Assembly (NCBI GenBank): GCA_951406725.2
Contig: OX597836.1
Coordinates: 42,346,001 to 42,410,000 of the forward strand
Direction: 5' to 3'
Origin: Octopus vulgaris
Taxonomy: Eukaryota
DNA length: 64,000 nt
Part shown: positions 26,366 to 37,900 of the stretch, in pieces
Layout: the number at the start of each line of letters is the position of its first letter
Position numbering within the stretch: the stretch's first letter is position 1
Translations under genes and position numbers: made by a program
The notes under the pieces: generated by a model
Seen by the model: the letters and a program-made list of their open reading frames with translations, nothing else
What the model was told of the DNA's origin: nothing
Databases searched by the model: none

Positions 26366-27207
26366 GTGTGCATTATGTGGTCGGTCGGTTGAGCTGAAAA
26401 TATGCACACCTATGTTAAAAGTGCTGGCAAGTTTGCATGACAACTAATTTTTTCCTCAAATGAAAGGCGTGACCTCTAGGACAAAATTCCTCATCTTATA
26501 AAATGTAGCCCCAGTAGACCCGAATGAAATCGGGTTAAATTAACCAAAATGAGAAAAGGGGTCTAAATGGGGCTGGAAGGGGATTAAAATTTAGGGGAGC
26601 GGGTGTTAAAGAATTCTCTGTTACATCAAGCTAAAAAATTTGTGCCAGCCTTTAATCGTCAATGTGTTGCCGTCCATGATAAAGAAGTTTTGAATGCTTG
26701 CCATGGTGAGTCTACTGTCGTGAGAAAGAATCACTTCAAAACTTGGTGTTTACGAATTTTCTTTTACATCAAGTTCAAAATTTTACGCCAGCCGTTAAAC
26801 TGTCAATACGTTGCTGTCCGTCGTTAAGAAATGCCAGCCATGGAGAAAGGAGAGAGAAACAAAGAGGAAGAATCATCATCATCATCATCATCGTTTAACG
26901 TCCGTTTTCCGTGCTAGCACGGGTTGGACAGTTTGACCGGGGTCTGGGAAGCCAGGAGGCTGCACCAGGCTCCAGTCTGATCTGGCAGTGTTTCTACAGG
27001 TGGATGCCCTTCCTAACGCAAACCACTCTGTGGGTGTAGTGGATGCTTTTTACGTGCCACCGGCACAGAAGCCAGTCAAGGCGGCGCTGCAATCGGCCAC
27101 GTTCGGATGGTGCATTTTACGTGCTGAAAGGAAACAGAAAGAAACAGAAAGAAACAACCACACTCTTACCCGCGCGTAGAGCGGGTCACCTTCAGCTAGT
27201 ATATATA

Positions 27208-27268
<61 letters not shown>

Positions 27269-27311
27269 CATAATTAAATCTCAGAATGAGATTGAAACAG
27301 TAATCGCTCGA

Positions 27312-27480
27312 TAATGTAAAGTATAGAAGCCATCTTATCATGGCTAACCACATTGGGGAGGGGGTGTTACTGTAGCTTTATAGCCAGCTAGAGACGACGA
27401 TCTCTTGGGGCTATAAAGCTACAGTAACACCCCTCCCAATGTGGTTAGCCATGATAAGATGGCTTCTATACTTTACATTA
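27312..27480. repeat. Fold-back inverted repeat of Helitron-internal sequence
   Basis: taatgtaaagtatagaagccatc... / ...gatggcttctatactttacatta; related to 28609-28670. Confidence 0.75.
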
Positions 27481-27490
27481 TATATATATA

Positions 27491-27994
27491 CTAGCAGTAT
27501 CGCCCGGCGTTGCTCGGGTTTGTAAGGGAAATAACTATATAAGCATTTTTAGAGAGTTACTTCCCTTATAGATGCCAATTCGGGCTTTCTTAGCCATTTC
27601 TGTTTTGGTGTCTTCAAGCCATGAAGTCGTTGTTCTAAAAGAACGTTGGTCTCCTTGACAACGCTTTACGACGTTGATTTCCTTACACTCCCTTCCCCAC
27701 AGCTTCACGAGGGGGGGAGAAGCAAACATAGGTGCAGGTGTTTGAGCGTGGACGCCAACTCCGCCGCCATCGACACACAAAAAATTATGCATTAAAATGG
27801 AATAAAAAATGATGTTAAATAATTTTTTAAATCGTAGACTCATCGTAGACGCGCGCTAATAGCCAGACGGGCTCGATATTAATCACGACTATAAGATACC
27901 CGAATTTGGTTAAACTGCACCGCAAAATGTGGGAGGAGTTAGGAATCTAAATCGAAGGGGAGACACTCACACAACTACAGTTTTATATATATAG

Positions 27995-27995
<1 letters not shown>
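27491..27995 (-). mobile_element. Non-autonomous Helitron
   Basis: Minus strand A|TC...CCCGAGCAACGCCGGG-CGATACTG-CTAG|T. Confidence 0.8.
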
Positions 27996-28026
<31 letters not shown>

Positions 28027-28047
28027 ATACATAGATGTATGTGTTTG

Positions 28048-28078
<31 letters not shown>

Positions 28079-28544
28079 ATAGATAGATGTATATATATAT
28101 ATATATACATCTATGTGTGTTTGTGTGTGTGTGAGTGTTGTGTATAGGTTTTATTTAAAGTGACCTAAAAGTAGGGATTGTATTTGTAAGGTCAAATCGA
28201 AAACAGGAAGAAAGGAATAAAGGAAAGAAAAAAGAAAGAAAGAAAGAAAGGAGAGAGATAATACAGAGATGAAGACAGGGAAAGTGTACCAGTTAGTGGT
28301 CAGTCAAGATAACTCGACGGTAGGAGTGGGGAAAGATTAGGGTGATATAGAAAGAAAGGTATTAGAGTCTAAAGAGATTAAAGGGTAAAGAGTAAAGGAA
28401 GGTCAGATAGCCGGAATGGGGGGGGGGTAATATAGATATACATCTATCTATGTATATATATATATCATCATTATTGTTTAAAGTCTGCTTTCCATGTCAG
28501 CATAGAAAGCAGCCATTAAACGATGATGATGATGATATATAATA

Positions 28545-28939
28545 CTAGAAGTATCTCCCGGCGTTGCTCGGGTTTGTAAGGGAAATAACTATATAAGCAT
28601 TTTTAGAGATGTAAAGTATAATAGCCATCTCAATATGGCTAACCAGAAAGGTGGGGTGTTACTGTAGCTTTTTACGTTTTGAGATTTAATAATAGATCTT
28701 TAAAGAGTTACTTCCCTTATATTTGCCAAAAATGCATTAAAAATGGGAAAAATTGATGGTAAATTTTTTTTAAATCGTAGACTCATTGTAGACGCGCGCT
28801 AATACCCAGAAGGGTTCGATATGAATCACGACTATAAGATACCCGGTTTTGGTTAAACTGCACCGCAAAATGTGGGAGTAGTTAGGAATCTAAATCGTAG
28901 GAGACAGACAGCACACAACCTCACTTTTATATATAAAGA
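28545..28939 (-). mobile_element. Non-autonomous Helitron (same family)
   Basis: Same 5' TCTTTATATATAAAA and 3' hairpin + CTAG ends, between A and T. Confidence 0.8.
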
Positions 28940-29599
28940 TATTGCTCTACCATTGAAAGTTTAGGTAAACTTTGTCACTCACTCACTCTCATCCCACAAC
29001 AAAAATAAAACGCATTAGTTACCCGATTTCGGCGCCAAAAATTGCAAAGGGAAAGTGCTTTAGGTTTTCAAATCTATTCTGTAATCTTGGATTATGATGT
29101 ATTATATCCAGTGATTCTAACAGGTATATTTTGTTTTAATATTATACTTTTACTTTTTCACAGACACACACAAACTCTAACGTGATCTTTTTAGATGCAT
29201 TCTTTACCATTTTTTATCTGTCTACTGACTTCGTTACCACTAACTTCAGATCTTTTCGGTTTGACCGGCAGTTTTTTAAAATAATTTCCACGTAACAAAA
29301 AATTTTTAAACTTCGTATACTAGTAGAATGTGTTTATAAAACATCTTGTGTCATCCCTATTTATTTTATGTTCGGCCCTTGTGGCCAATAAAAGAAAGTA
29401 TTATTATTATTATTATTATTATTTTCTTTTCCTTCTTTCTTCAAATTTTCTTCCGTTTCTCGCCGGGTGTTTTCCGTACACCTAGGGCAGAGAAGCTCAT
29501 TGTATGCATTCCCAGATTACACACGTAATTTCACAGATAAAATATGTAATTTAAAACATTAATAAATAAATAAATTTACGAATGGATGTTGTTTTCACA

Positions 29600-30130
29600 G
29601 CGATAATGCTCTTCTCAGTACATGAGTCGTTCCAGTTAATATGATTTTTTGCACTCCCTGAGGGATGGTAAGCCTAGTATCATTTTCAAATAGGTTTCAG
29701 TACCTTTTTATTTAACATTCCTGGAGATCCTACAATCACTGGTACTGTAGTCGCCTTGAGATGCCACATTTTCTCAATTTCTATTAGCAGGTCTTTATAT
29801 TTACTGATCTTGTCAAATTCTTTCGCTGCTATATTGTGATCGCAAGGAATACTCATGTCAATTAATAAACACATCCTTTTTGTTTGATATTTTGTAATAA
29901 TATCCGGTTTATTAGCTTTTATAGTTTTGTCGGTATGTACAGGGAAGTCCCTCAGTTACAGCTTCAGGATGGTGTTTATACCATTTGTCAGCGGTTTTGA
30001 TTTTATAATGCTGACATATTGCCTAGTGTAAATACTGGCCGACTCTGTCATGTCTTGCTTTATATTCTGCAGGTGCTAAGATTCTACACCCTGAGATTAG
30101 GTGGTCTATAATTTCAATCTCATCGTTACA
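29600..30130 (-). mobile_element. Non-LTR retrotransposon remnant with restriction-like endonuclease (R4/Dong-like)
   Basis: HLISGC...YKARHD zinc-knuckle region and LLIDMSIPCD...KISKYKDL...PVIVGS; frameshifted. Confidence 0.7.
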
Positions 30131-30167
30131 GAATCGGCATTTTGGGTCAGCTCCATTTTTTATCACA

Positions 30168-30231
<64 letters not shown>

Positions 30232-30260
30232 TATTATTTATTATTATTTATTATTTATTA

Positions 30261-30328
<68 letters not shown>

Positions 30329-31225
30329 GGTGGCGAGCTGGCAGAACCGTTAGCACGTCTACACCAGGTTAAATGCTTAGTGGTATTTCGTCTGTTGCTA
30401 CATTCTGAGTTCAAATTCTGCCGAGGTCGGCTTTGAATTTCATCCTTTCGGGGTCGATAAATTGAGTACCAGTTACGCACTGGGATCAATGTAATCGACT
30501 TAATCCCTCTGTTTGTCCTTGTTTGTCCCCTCTGTGTTTAGCCCCTTGCGGGTAATAAAGAAATAGGTATTTCGTCTGCCGTTACGTTCTGAGTTCAAAA
30601 TCCGCCGAGGTCGATTTTGCCTTTCATCCTTTCGATGTCGATAAATTAAGTACCAGTTTTGCACTGGGGTCGATGTAATCGACATAATCCGTTTGTCTGT
30701 CCTTGTTTGTCCCCTCTGTGTGTAGCCCCTTGCGGGCAGTAAAGAAATAAGAATCGTTAGCACGCCGATCGAAATGCTTAGCGCATATAAATGAGAATGG
30801 GCGATCATTCGTTTTGAGACGACACAAAAAAACAAAAAACAAAAAAACTCTGTTAGTTTCCGTAATCACTTGTTGCCTTGACAACTGCGTGCTTGTTCTG
30901 TCTGACGCGTGGCAGTGGAAATTAATGGGTGTACGTACGTGCTTGTTTTGTATGTGTGAGTGTGTGTGTGTGTGTGTGTGGGTGTGTGTGTGTGTGTGTG
31001 TGCTTATGTATTTATGTGTGTGGAATGTAGATATAACAAAAACAATGTCGCATTTTAAAGATGGAGAAAAAAGCCTTGCACATTTGTTCTTACCTGGTTC
31101 AGGTGTGTGTGTAAAAATCTGTAAATTTCCTAGAAGAAAACGAGATTTTACATACGCACATGTAGCAGGTAACAACAAATATACGAGGCTTTTTTTTCTC
31201 CAAGTTTAAAATGCGACCTCCATAC

Positions 31226-31840
31226 GTGGAGGTTCGTGGCTTAGTGGTTAGAGCGGCGGACTCGCGGTCGAGGGATCGCGGGTTCGAATCTCAGACCGGG
31301 CGATGTGTGTGTTTATGAGCGAAAACACCTAAGCTCCACGCGGCTCCGGCAGAAGGTAATGGCGAAACTTCTGCTGACTCTTTCGCCACAACATTCTCTC
31401 ACTCTTTCCTCTTGCAGCTCACCTGCGACGGACCGGTGTCCCGTCCAGGTGGGGAACGTATACGGCAAGGAGTCCGGGAAACCGGCCCTTATGAGCCAGG
31501 GGTAGCTCGAGAAGGAACAAACTACTATATTAATGTGTGCGTGTGTGTGTGTGCGTGGAGGCACATGGCCTAGTGTTTAGAGCAACGGACTCGTGGTCGA
31601 GGGATCGCGGGTTCGAATCTCAGACCGGGCGATGTGTGTGTTTATGAGCGAAAACACCTAAGCTCCACGCGGCTCCGGCAGAAGGTAATGGCGAAACTTC
31701 TGCTGATTCTCACTCTTTCCTCCTGCATCTTGCAGCTCACCTGCGACGGACCGGCGTCCCGTCCAGGTGGGGAACCTATAGGCCAAGGAAACCGGGAAAC
31801 CGGTCCTTATGAGCCAGGGGTGGCTCGAGAAGGAACAAAC
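31226..31840 (+). repeat. Two tandem copies of a second tRNA-derived SINE
   Basis: A box TGGCTTAGTGG and B box GGTTCGAATCTC followed by a non-tRNA body; copies ~31226-31520 and ~31556-31840. Confidence 0.8.
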
Positions 31841-32016
31841 ATTCCGTACACATAGATAAATAAAAACAGAAAAAGCATGCTCACACTCACACACACACAC
31901 ACACGTACACTCAATAGCTTCTTCCAAGCGTCCATCGGAAACTAACGGATATTCGTTTTTATTGCGTACTCAAAATGAATGATCGCCTGAGAACGTATGA
32001 GTGAGAGACGAGTGTG

Positions 32017-32058
<42 letters not shown>

Positions 32059-32275
32059 TGTGTGTGTACGTGTGTGTGTGTATGCGGCCTGTACGGCAAA
32101 ATCTGACAAGCTGACTCACGGACATGTTACATCCTGGCTGCGACAAGTCGAATTTAATTTCAGCAAGAATCTCGTTACTCGGTCGCTCGACCTGCTAGAA
32201 ACAGCAGCCAAATCTTCCTCGGATCACACCCTCGGGTAAAGAAGGGTGCGTTAAAACGGAATCACTCTAGATAGT

Positions 32276-32704
32276 GGATCTTTTCGGTTTGAACGGCAGT
32301 TTTTTTAAAATAATTTCCACGTAACTAAACACTTTTAAACTTCGTATACTGGTAGAATGTGTTTATAAAACATCTTTTTCTCTTGGCTTTATTGAGAAAA
32401 TTCTATAGTTTGTAAGATATTTGTTGTTTTTTTCTTCAATTTCTGCAATTTCAACCAATCAATGACGTCTATTGAGGTAAAAGAAACATTCTGTGCCGTA
32501 TGAATATGTCCCTCGTTTAAGAAACATTGGGTTTATTTACATTTCTGAAGAAAAAAAAGATACCCTTCCCCCCACCCCTAACCCTAACTAACTCTAATCC
32601 TAAAACAGATTGAAATGCAATAGATCGATACTAGGATCATAATTATGGGTGACAATTTCATATGACACCGCTAGAAAAAACTGCCCTTCAAACCGAAAAG
32701 ATCC
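32276..32704. mobile_element. MITE with GGATC...GATCC TIRs and internal TAACCC-like repeats
   Basis: TIR ggatcttttcggtttgaacggcagttttt; flanked by a 19-bp direct repeat. Confidence 0.75.
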
Positions 32705-32932
32705 CAGAATCACTCTAGATAGTCCTTAACCAAGACACATCCGTATCCCTGACCCACCTCTACATACTCCTATCATAAAACCTAGTCACATACACACGTA
32801 GTTTACTATTCCCACTGTGTCAACAAACAATCGCCTACAACAAACATACCAGTCGATCAGAGCCAATTATTCTCTTTGATATACTCCCCGGTGTATTATT
32901 GTCTCAAGAGCATGTTCTGCATAAGTATAATT

Positions 32933-33370
32933 GGATCTTCTCCTTTTGAACGGCAGTTTTCAACACAATTTCTAGTTAACTAAACACTTTAAAACTTCGT
33001 ATACTGGTAGAATGTGTCAAAATAAAACATTTTTTTCTCTTGGCTTTCTTGAGGAAATTGTAATTTGTTTGTTTAACGTAGTTTAATCTTACAATTAGGA
33101 AAAAAAAATAGGGTTAGGGTTAGTTTGAGGGTTAGTGACAGGATGTTGTCTCAGTTTTAGACGCAGCAAATGATTTTAGTTCAATCGATTGGTTAAAATT
33201 GCCGAAATGCTCGGATTTTCAGACGAAATATCTTACAAACTATAGAATTTTCTCAATAAAGCTAAGAGAAAAAGATGTTTTATAAACACATTCTACCAGT
33301 ATACGAAGTATAAAATTTTTTAGTTACCTAGAAATTATGTTACAAACTGCCGTTCAAAAGGAAAAGATCC
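32933..33370. mobile_element. Related MITE in opposite orientation
   Basis: TIRs ggatcttctccttttgaacggcagttt / aaactgccgttcaaaaggaaaagatcc; 8-bp direct repeat gtataatt; a fragment also occurs at ~29249-29345. Confidence 0.75.
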
Positions 33371-34499
33371 GTATAATTTGTTTAGTGAATGTAGACGTGT
33401 TTGGTTCTTCTGTCGGTCAGAGCGAAACAGAACGGGGTGTTTGTATGGAAGGATGGTCGGGTGATAATTACGTTAGGTGTGAAACTGACGAAGAAAAACA
33501 GCATGAAACTGCCAGTCTCCGAGATTAGTTAAAATTTCTATATCCTGATATAAATATTAATCTTTACACGGGATTCACATGGTTCCGTGTTCAGTCTCAC
33601 TGCGTGGCACCTTGGGCAAGTGTCTTCTACTATAGCCCCAGGCTGACCGTGAGACAAATACTCTTTGCCCTTAAGTCACGTGCCTTCAAAATCTATATAT
33701 ATGTAGCGGGTATGATTCTTGGCCACTACTTCTGGTCTGATCTGAGGGTAGCCCTTAAAAGGACTGTTATCGCAATTAGATCCGATCCAAGAATAGTCCT
33801 AAAAAGCACTGTTATCGTAATTAGATCGGATCTGAGAGTAATTCTAAAAAGGACTGTTATCGCATTCAGATCAGACTTGAATTAGCCCTGAGAAGGACTG
33901 TGGTCGTAATCAGCAAAACTGGACAGACGAAAGCAGTAGTTGAAATGACGAGCAGACAAGAGGTGTAAGTTTATACAGCGATTTATTTCAGGCGTGAAAT
34001 AGCAGTACAAAGGTTCGAGGCGGCGTGAGTGGCGAGCGTGGCAGGCGAGACGGAACCGATTTACATCAGTCAAGTGCTAAAAATCCAACTACCTTCACAG
34101 CGATTTATCATGTCTATTTATACAAAAATATCAGCAGTGATGTTTAGCCAGTGTCCAATAGAATGGCAGGTAGGTAGCTTTTGTCCAATGAAAGATCAGG
34201 CAAGTCGCTGAGGGTAGTTGCTTTGTTTTCTCTGGTGATGGCAGATGTATTTCCGGTGTCCGTGCAAGTTACTTCCGGTGACTGTACTTATATATATTTC
34301 TTTACTGCCCAGAAGGGGCTAAACACAGAGGGGGCAAACAAGGACAGACAAACGGATTAAGTCGATTATATCGACCCCAGTGCGTAACTGGTACTTATTT
34401 AATCGACCCCGAAAAGACTATGTTTGAGATCATCTATTGAACTGACCACACCTATAATGTAGTCAATCATACCAAAAATATAAAATCATAAACCATTCT

Positions 34500-34820
34500 T
34501 TATTCTACAATCTTTAATCGTTGTTGAATGTCGATTTCATATAAATTAGATCGCAGTCCGCAAAGTTTATGAATATAATTCTCTCGAGAACAATTAAAAT
34601 AACGAATGAAACTCTTGCAATGAGGACAAAGAACAGGGATTGAGTCCATGAGGAGTCCAGCCTTTTCTTCATTTTGGTTGAGTTTATCTACCAGGAGTAT
34701 TTTCAAGGACTGGTACTTGGCAATAGCATCGGAATATCGTAGCTTTTGTTTCTCATTTACACTTCGTTTATGTAGTTGTCTTATTTCGTTCAAAAGATTC
34801 TCCAAATGAATCAGCTGGTT
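34500..34820 (-). CDS. Copy B exon 10 (terminal, CPHC motif)
   Basis: polypyrimidine tract, ttctag|AAC CAG CTG...GAA TAA. Confidence 0.8.
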   Translation of the reverse strand, partial: NQLIHLENLLNEIRQLHKRSVNEKQKLRYSDAIAKYQSLKILLVDKLNQNEEKAGLLMDSIPVLCPHCKSFIRYFNCSRENYIHKLCGLRSNLYEIDIQQRLKIVE

Positions 34821-34843
34821 CTAGAAATAAAAAGAAAGTGAAA

Positions 34844-34921
<78 letters not shown>

Positions 34922-37900
34922 CTTTATTTAAAGCAGCAGAAAATTCAATAAAACCTGTTACTCTGAGTTCCACGTTCCCGATCGTCGGACAGTTTTTGCT
35001 ACAAAAAACTGTCCGATGAACGGCAACGGGAAACTCAGAGTAACAGGTTTTGTTGAATTTTCTGCTGCTTTAAATAAAGCATATTACTCTACCACTGGTA
35101 TTTGAGTACTCTTTTTTCCACCTTGTTTCACATTTATGTGTTTACTCCGGTATATATATACAGATAAAGGGTGAAATATAATTAATTTAATAAAATCAAC
35201 AAATTTCACCGAGTAGTATTTCGGTATGGAAAAGGACCATATTCGGTAAAATTATATATAATTATAACAATGAGGGTTTTTGCAACAACTTGTTGCAAAG
35301 ACCCTCATTGTTATAATTATATATATATATTATATATTATCTTCATCATCATCATTTAACGTCCGTTTCCCATGCTGGCATGGGTTGGACGGTTTGACTG
35401 AGGACTGGCAATCCTGTAGGATGCACCAGGCTCCAATCTGATCTGGCAAGATTTCTACAGCTGGATGCCTTTCCTAATGCTAACCACTCTGAGAGTGTAA
35501 TTCATGCTTTTTACGTGCCACCAACACGGGAGCCAGTCAGGTGGCGCTGGCACTGACCACGTTTGGATGGGGCTTTTTATGTGCCACCAGCGCGGGGAGC
35601 CAATCAAGCAGCTCTAGCATCGTCCTGATGCTGGAGTTGACTTTGCTCAAATCTTAGAACTGAGAAGCAGGACTGGCACCAGGTCCTATGTTCTGATGCT
35701 TTTTTTTCCCATAAAAAAAAAATGGAATGTTGCATCGCTTCATATTTTCTTTTAGTTTGTCTTTGAAGAACAAGAGTGGAATTCCAACAGACTTTCCTGC
35801 TGGAAAATGGCCAAAGAGAAGTTGCTTTAGAATTCTAATATCACTCATACACGAGAGATGATCTCATACATTCTGGAAACTACCATACCTATTTCTTTGC
35901 TACCCACAAGGGGCTAAACACAGAGAGGACAAACAAGGACAGACAAACGGATTAAGTCGATTATATCGACCCTAGTGCGTAACTGGTACTTATTTAATCG
36001 ACCCCGAAAGGATGAAAGGCAAAGTCGACCTCGGCGGAATTTGAACTCAGAACGTAGCGGCAGACGAAATTCCTATTTCTTTACTAACCCATAAGGGCTA
36101 AACACAGAGAGGACAAACAAGGACAGACAAACGGATTAAGTCGATTATATCGACCCCAGTGCGTGACTGGTACTTATTTAATCGACCCCGAAAGGATGAA
36201 AGGCAAAGTCGACCTCGGCGGAATTTGAACTCAGAACGTAGCGGCAGACGAAATTCCTATTTCTTTACTACCCATAAGGGCTAAACACAGAGAGGACAAA
36301 CAAGGACAGACAAACGGATTAAGTCGATTATATCGACCCCAGTGCGTGACTGGTACTTATTTAATCGACCCCGAAAGGATGAAAGGCAAAGTCGACCTCG
36401 GCGGAATTTGAACTCAGAATGTAGCGGCAGACGAAATACTGCTAAGCATTTTGCCCGGCGTGCTAACGTTTCTGCCATTGAAGTAATTGGTTGGGAGGCA
36501 CTTCACGAAACTGAGGAATTACCAAAACTAATGGAGGACCGAGATACCTGACATAATTTTTTTCGTAGTATAGGCACAAAGCCTGAAAACTTGGACGAAT
36601 GGTCTAGTTAATTATATTGACCCCAGTACTCAACTGGTATTCTATTGACCTTGAAAGGATGAAAGGCCAAGTCAACCTTGGTAGTATCTGAACTGAGAAC
36701 ATAAAAGAGCCAGGAGCAAAACTGGTAAGTATTTTGTCTAGCAAGGTAACGATTCTGTCAGCTTGAGGCCCTAACCTGACATATCACTAGGGTTTCAAAT
36801 TTTGGCACAAGGCCAGCAATTTCAGGGGTGAGTGTAAATTACATCAACCCCAGTGCTCAACTGGTACTTATTTTCTTGTCCCCCAAAAGAACAAAAGGCA
36901 AAACTGACTCCAGCAGAATTTGAACTCAGAACGGGAAGGCGGACGAAATGCCAATAACCATTTTGCCCAGCATGCTAATGATTCTACCTGTTTGACACCT
37001 TAATACAGAGAATAATATTGATTTCGCATTTTGGCACAAGGCCAGCAATTTCAACGAATCGGGTGGAAAGCTGATTGCATCGACCCCACTGCTCAATTGG
37101 TACTTATTTTATTGACCCCGAAAGGATGAAAGGTAAAACTGACATCAGCAGAATTTGAACTCAGAATGTAAAGACGGACGAAAATCCGCTAAGTATTTTG
37201 CCTGGTACAGTAAAGATTCTGCCAGCTTGCTCTTCTTTAGCTGACATATCGTAATAAAATTCCTCACGGTAGCAGCTACTTGAAGAATGAAGAACAGATA
37301 CCAACCCATCCTTCCATTAATCCTGTGCCTCTCAACCATTTTCTGCCCTCTGGATCACTTTGATTCCTATCTAACTCAAAGAGATCTTCTTAACCATTCA
37401 ATGTTTAAAAATACCCATTCATTTATTTTTTTTTATTCTTTTATACACTTCAACCCTAAGGCTGTGGCCATGCTAGGGCACCTGGTTATTGTATTAAAAA
37501 CATTCTTAAAGTATTGGGTCATCCCATAAATGAGGTTTTTCAGTTGCATGCATTAAAAGTCAACTTCCTTTATAGCAGGTAGTAATTTTTCCATGTACTT
37601 ATTCTTAGTGCAAGTTTTGAAGAGTGCACTTCGATTTTAACAGTTATTTTTTCAAAGCTATAATGGAAGCGACAAAGGAGCATATTTGGCATATTTTGTT
37701 TTATGAATTCAATAAAGGCAACAATGCAACGAAAAGTGAAAGGAATATTAATACAGTATATGGGGCTCATACAATAAGTGTAAGCCAGTGTCAATAGTGG
37801 TTCCTGAAATTACGAGCCAGAAACTACAACCTAGGAGATGGGCTTCATCTTGGAAGATCTGTAGAGCTCAACAAGGACAACCTGCAAACCCAGTGGAAGA

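Noticed and set aside
31226-31305. tRNA gene
   Set aside because: A and B boxes are present but there is no closing acceptor stem, and it continues into a repeated SINE body
33480-33525. CTGACGA...GAAACTGCCAGTC hammerhead-like motif
   Set aside because: No convincing stem I or stem II pairing
33701-34290. Solo LTR with ~45-bp internal repeats
   Set aside because: No clear TG...CA ends, TSD or second copy in the window; left unclassified
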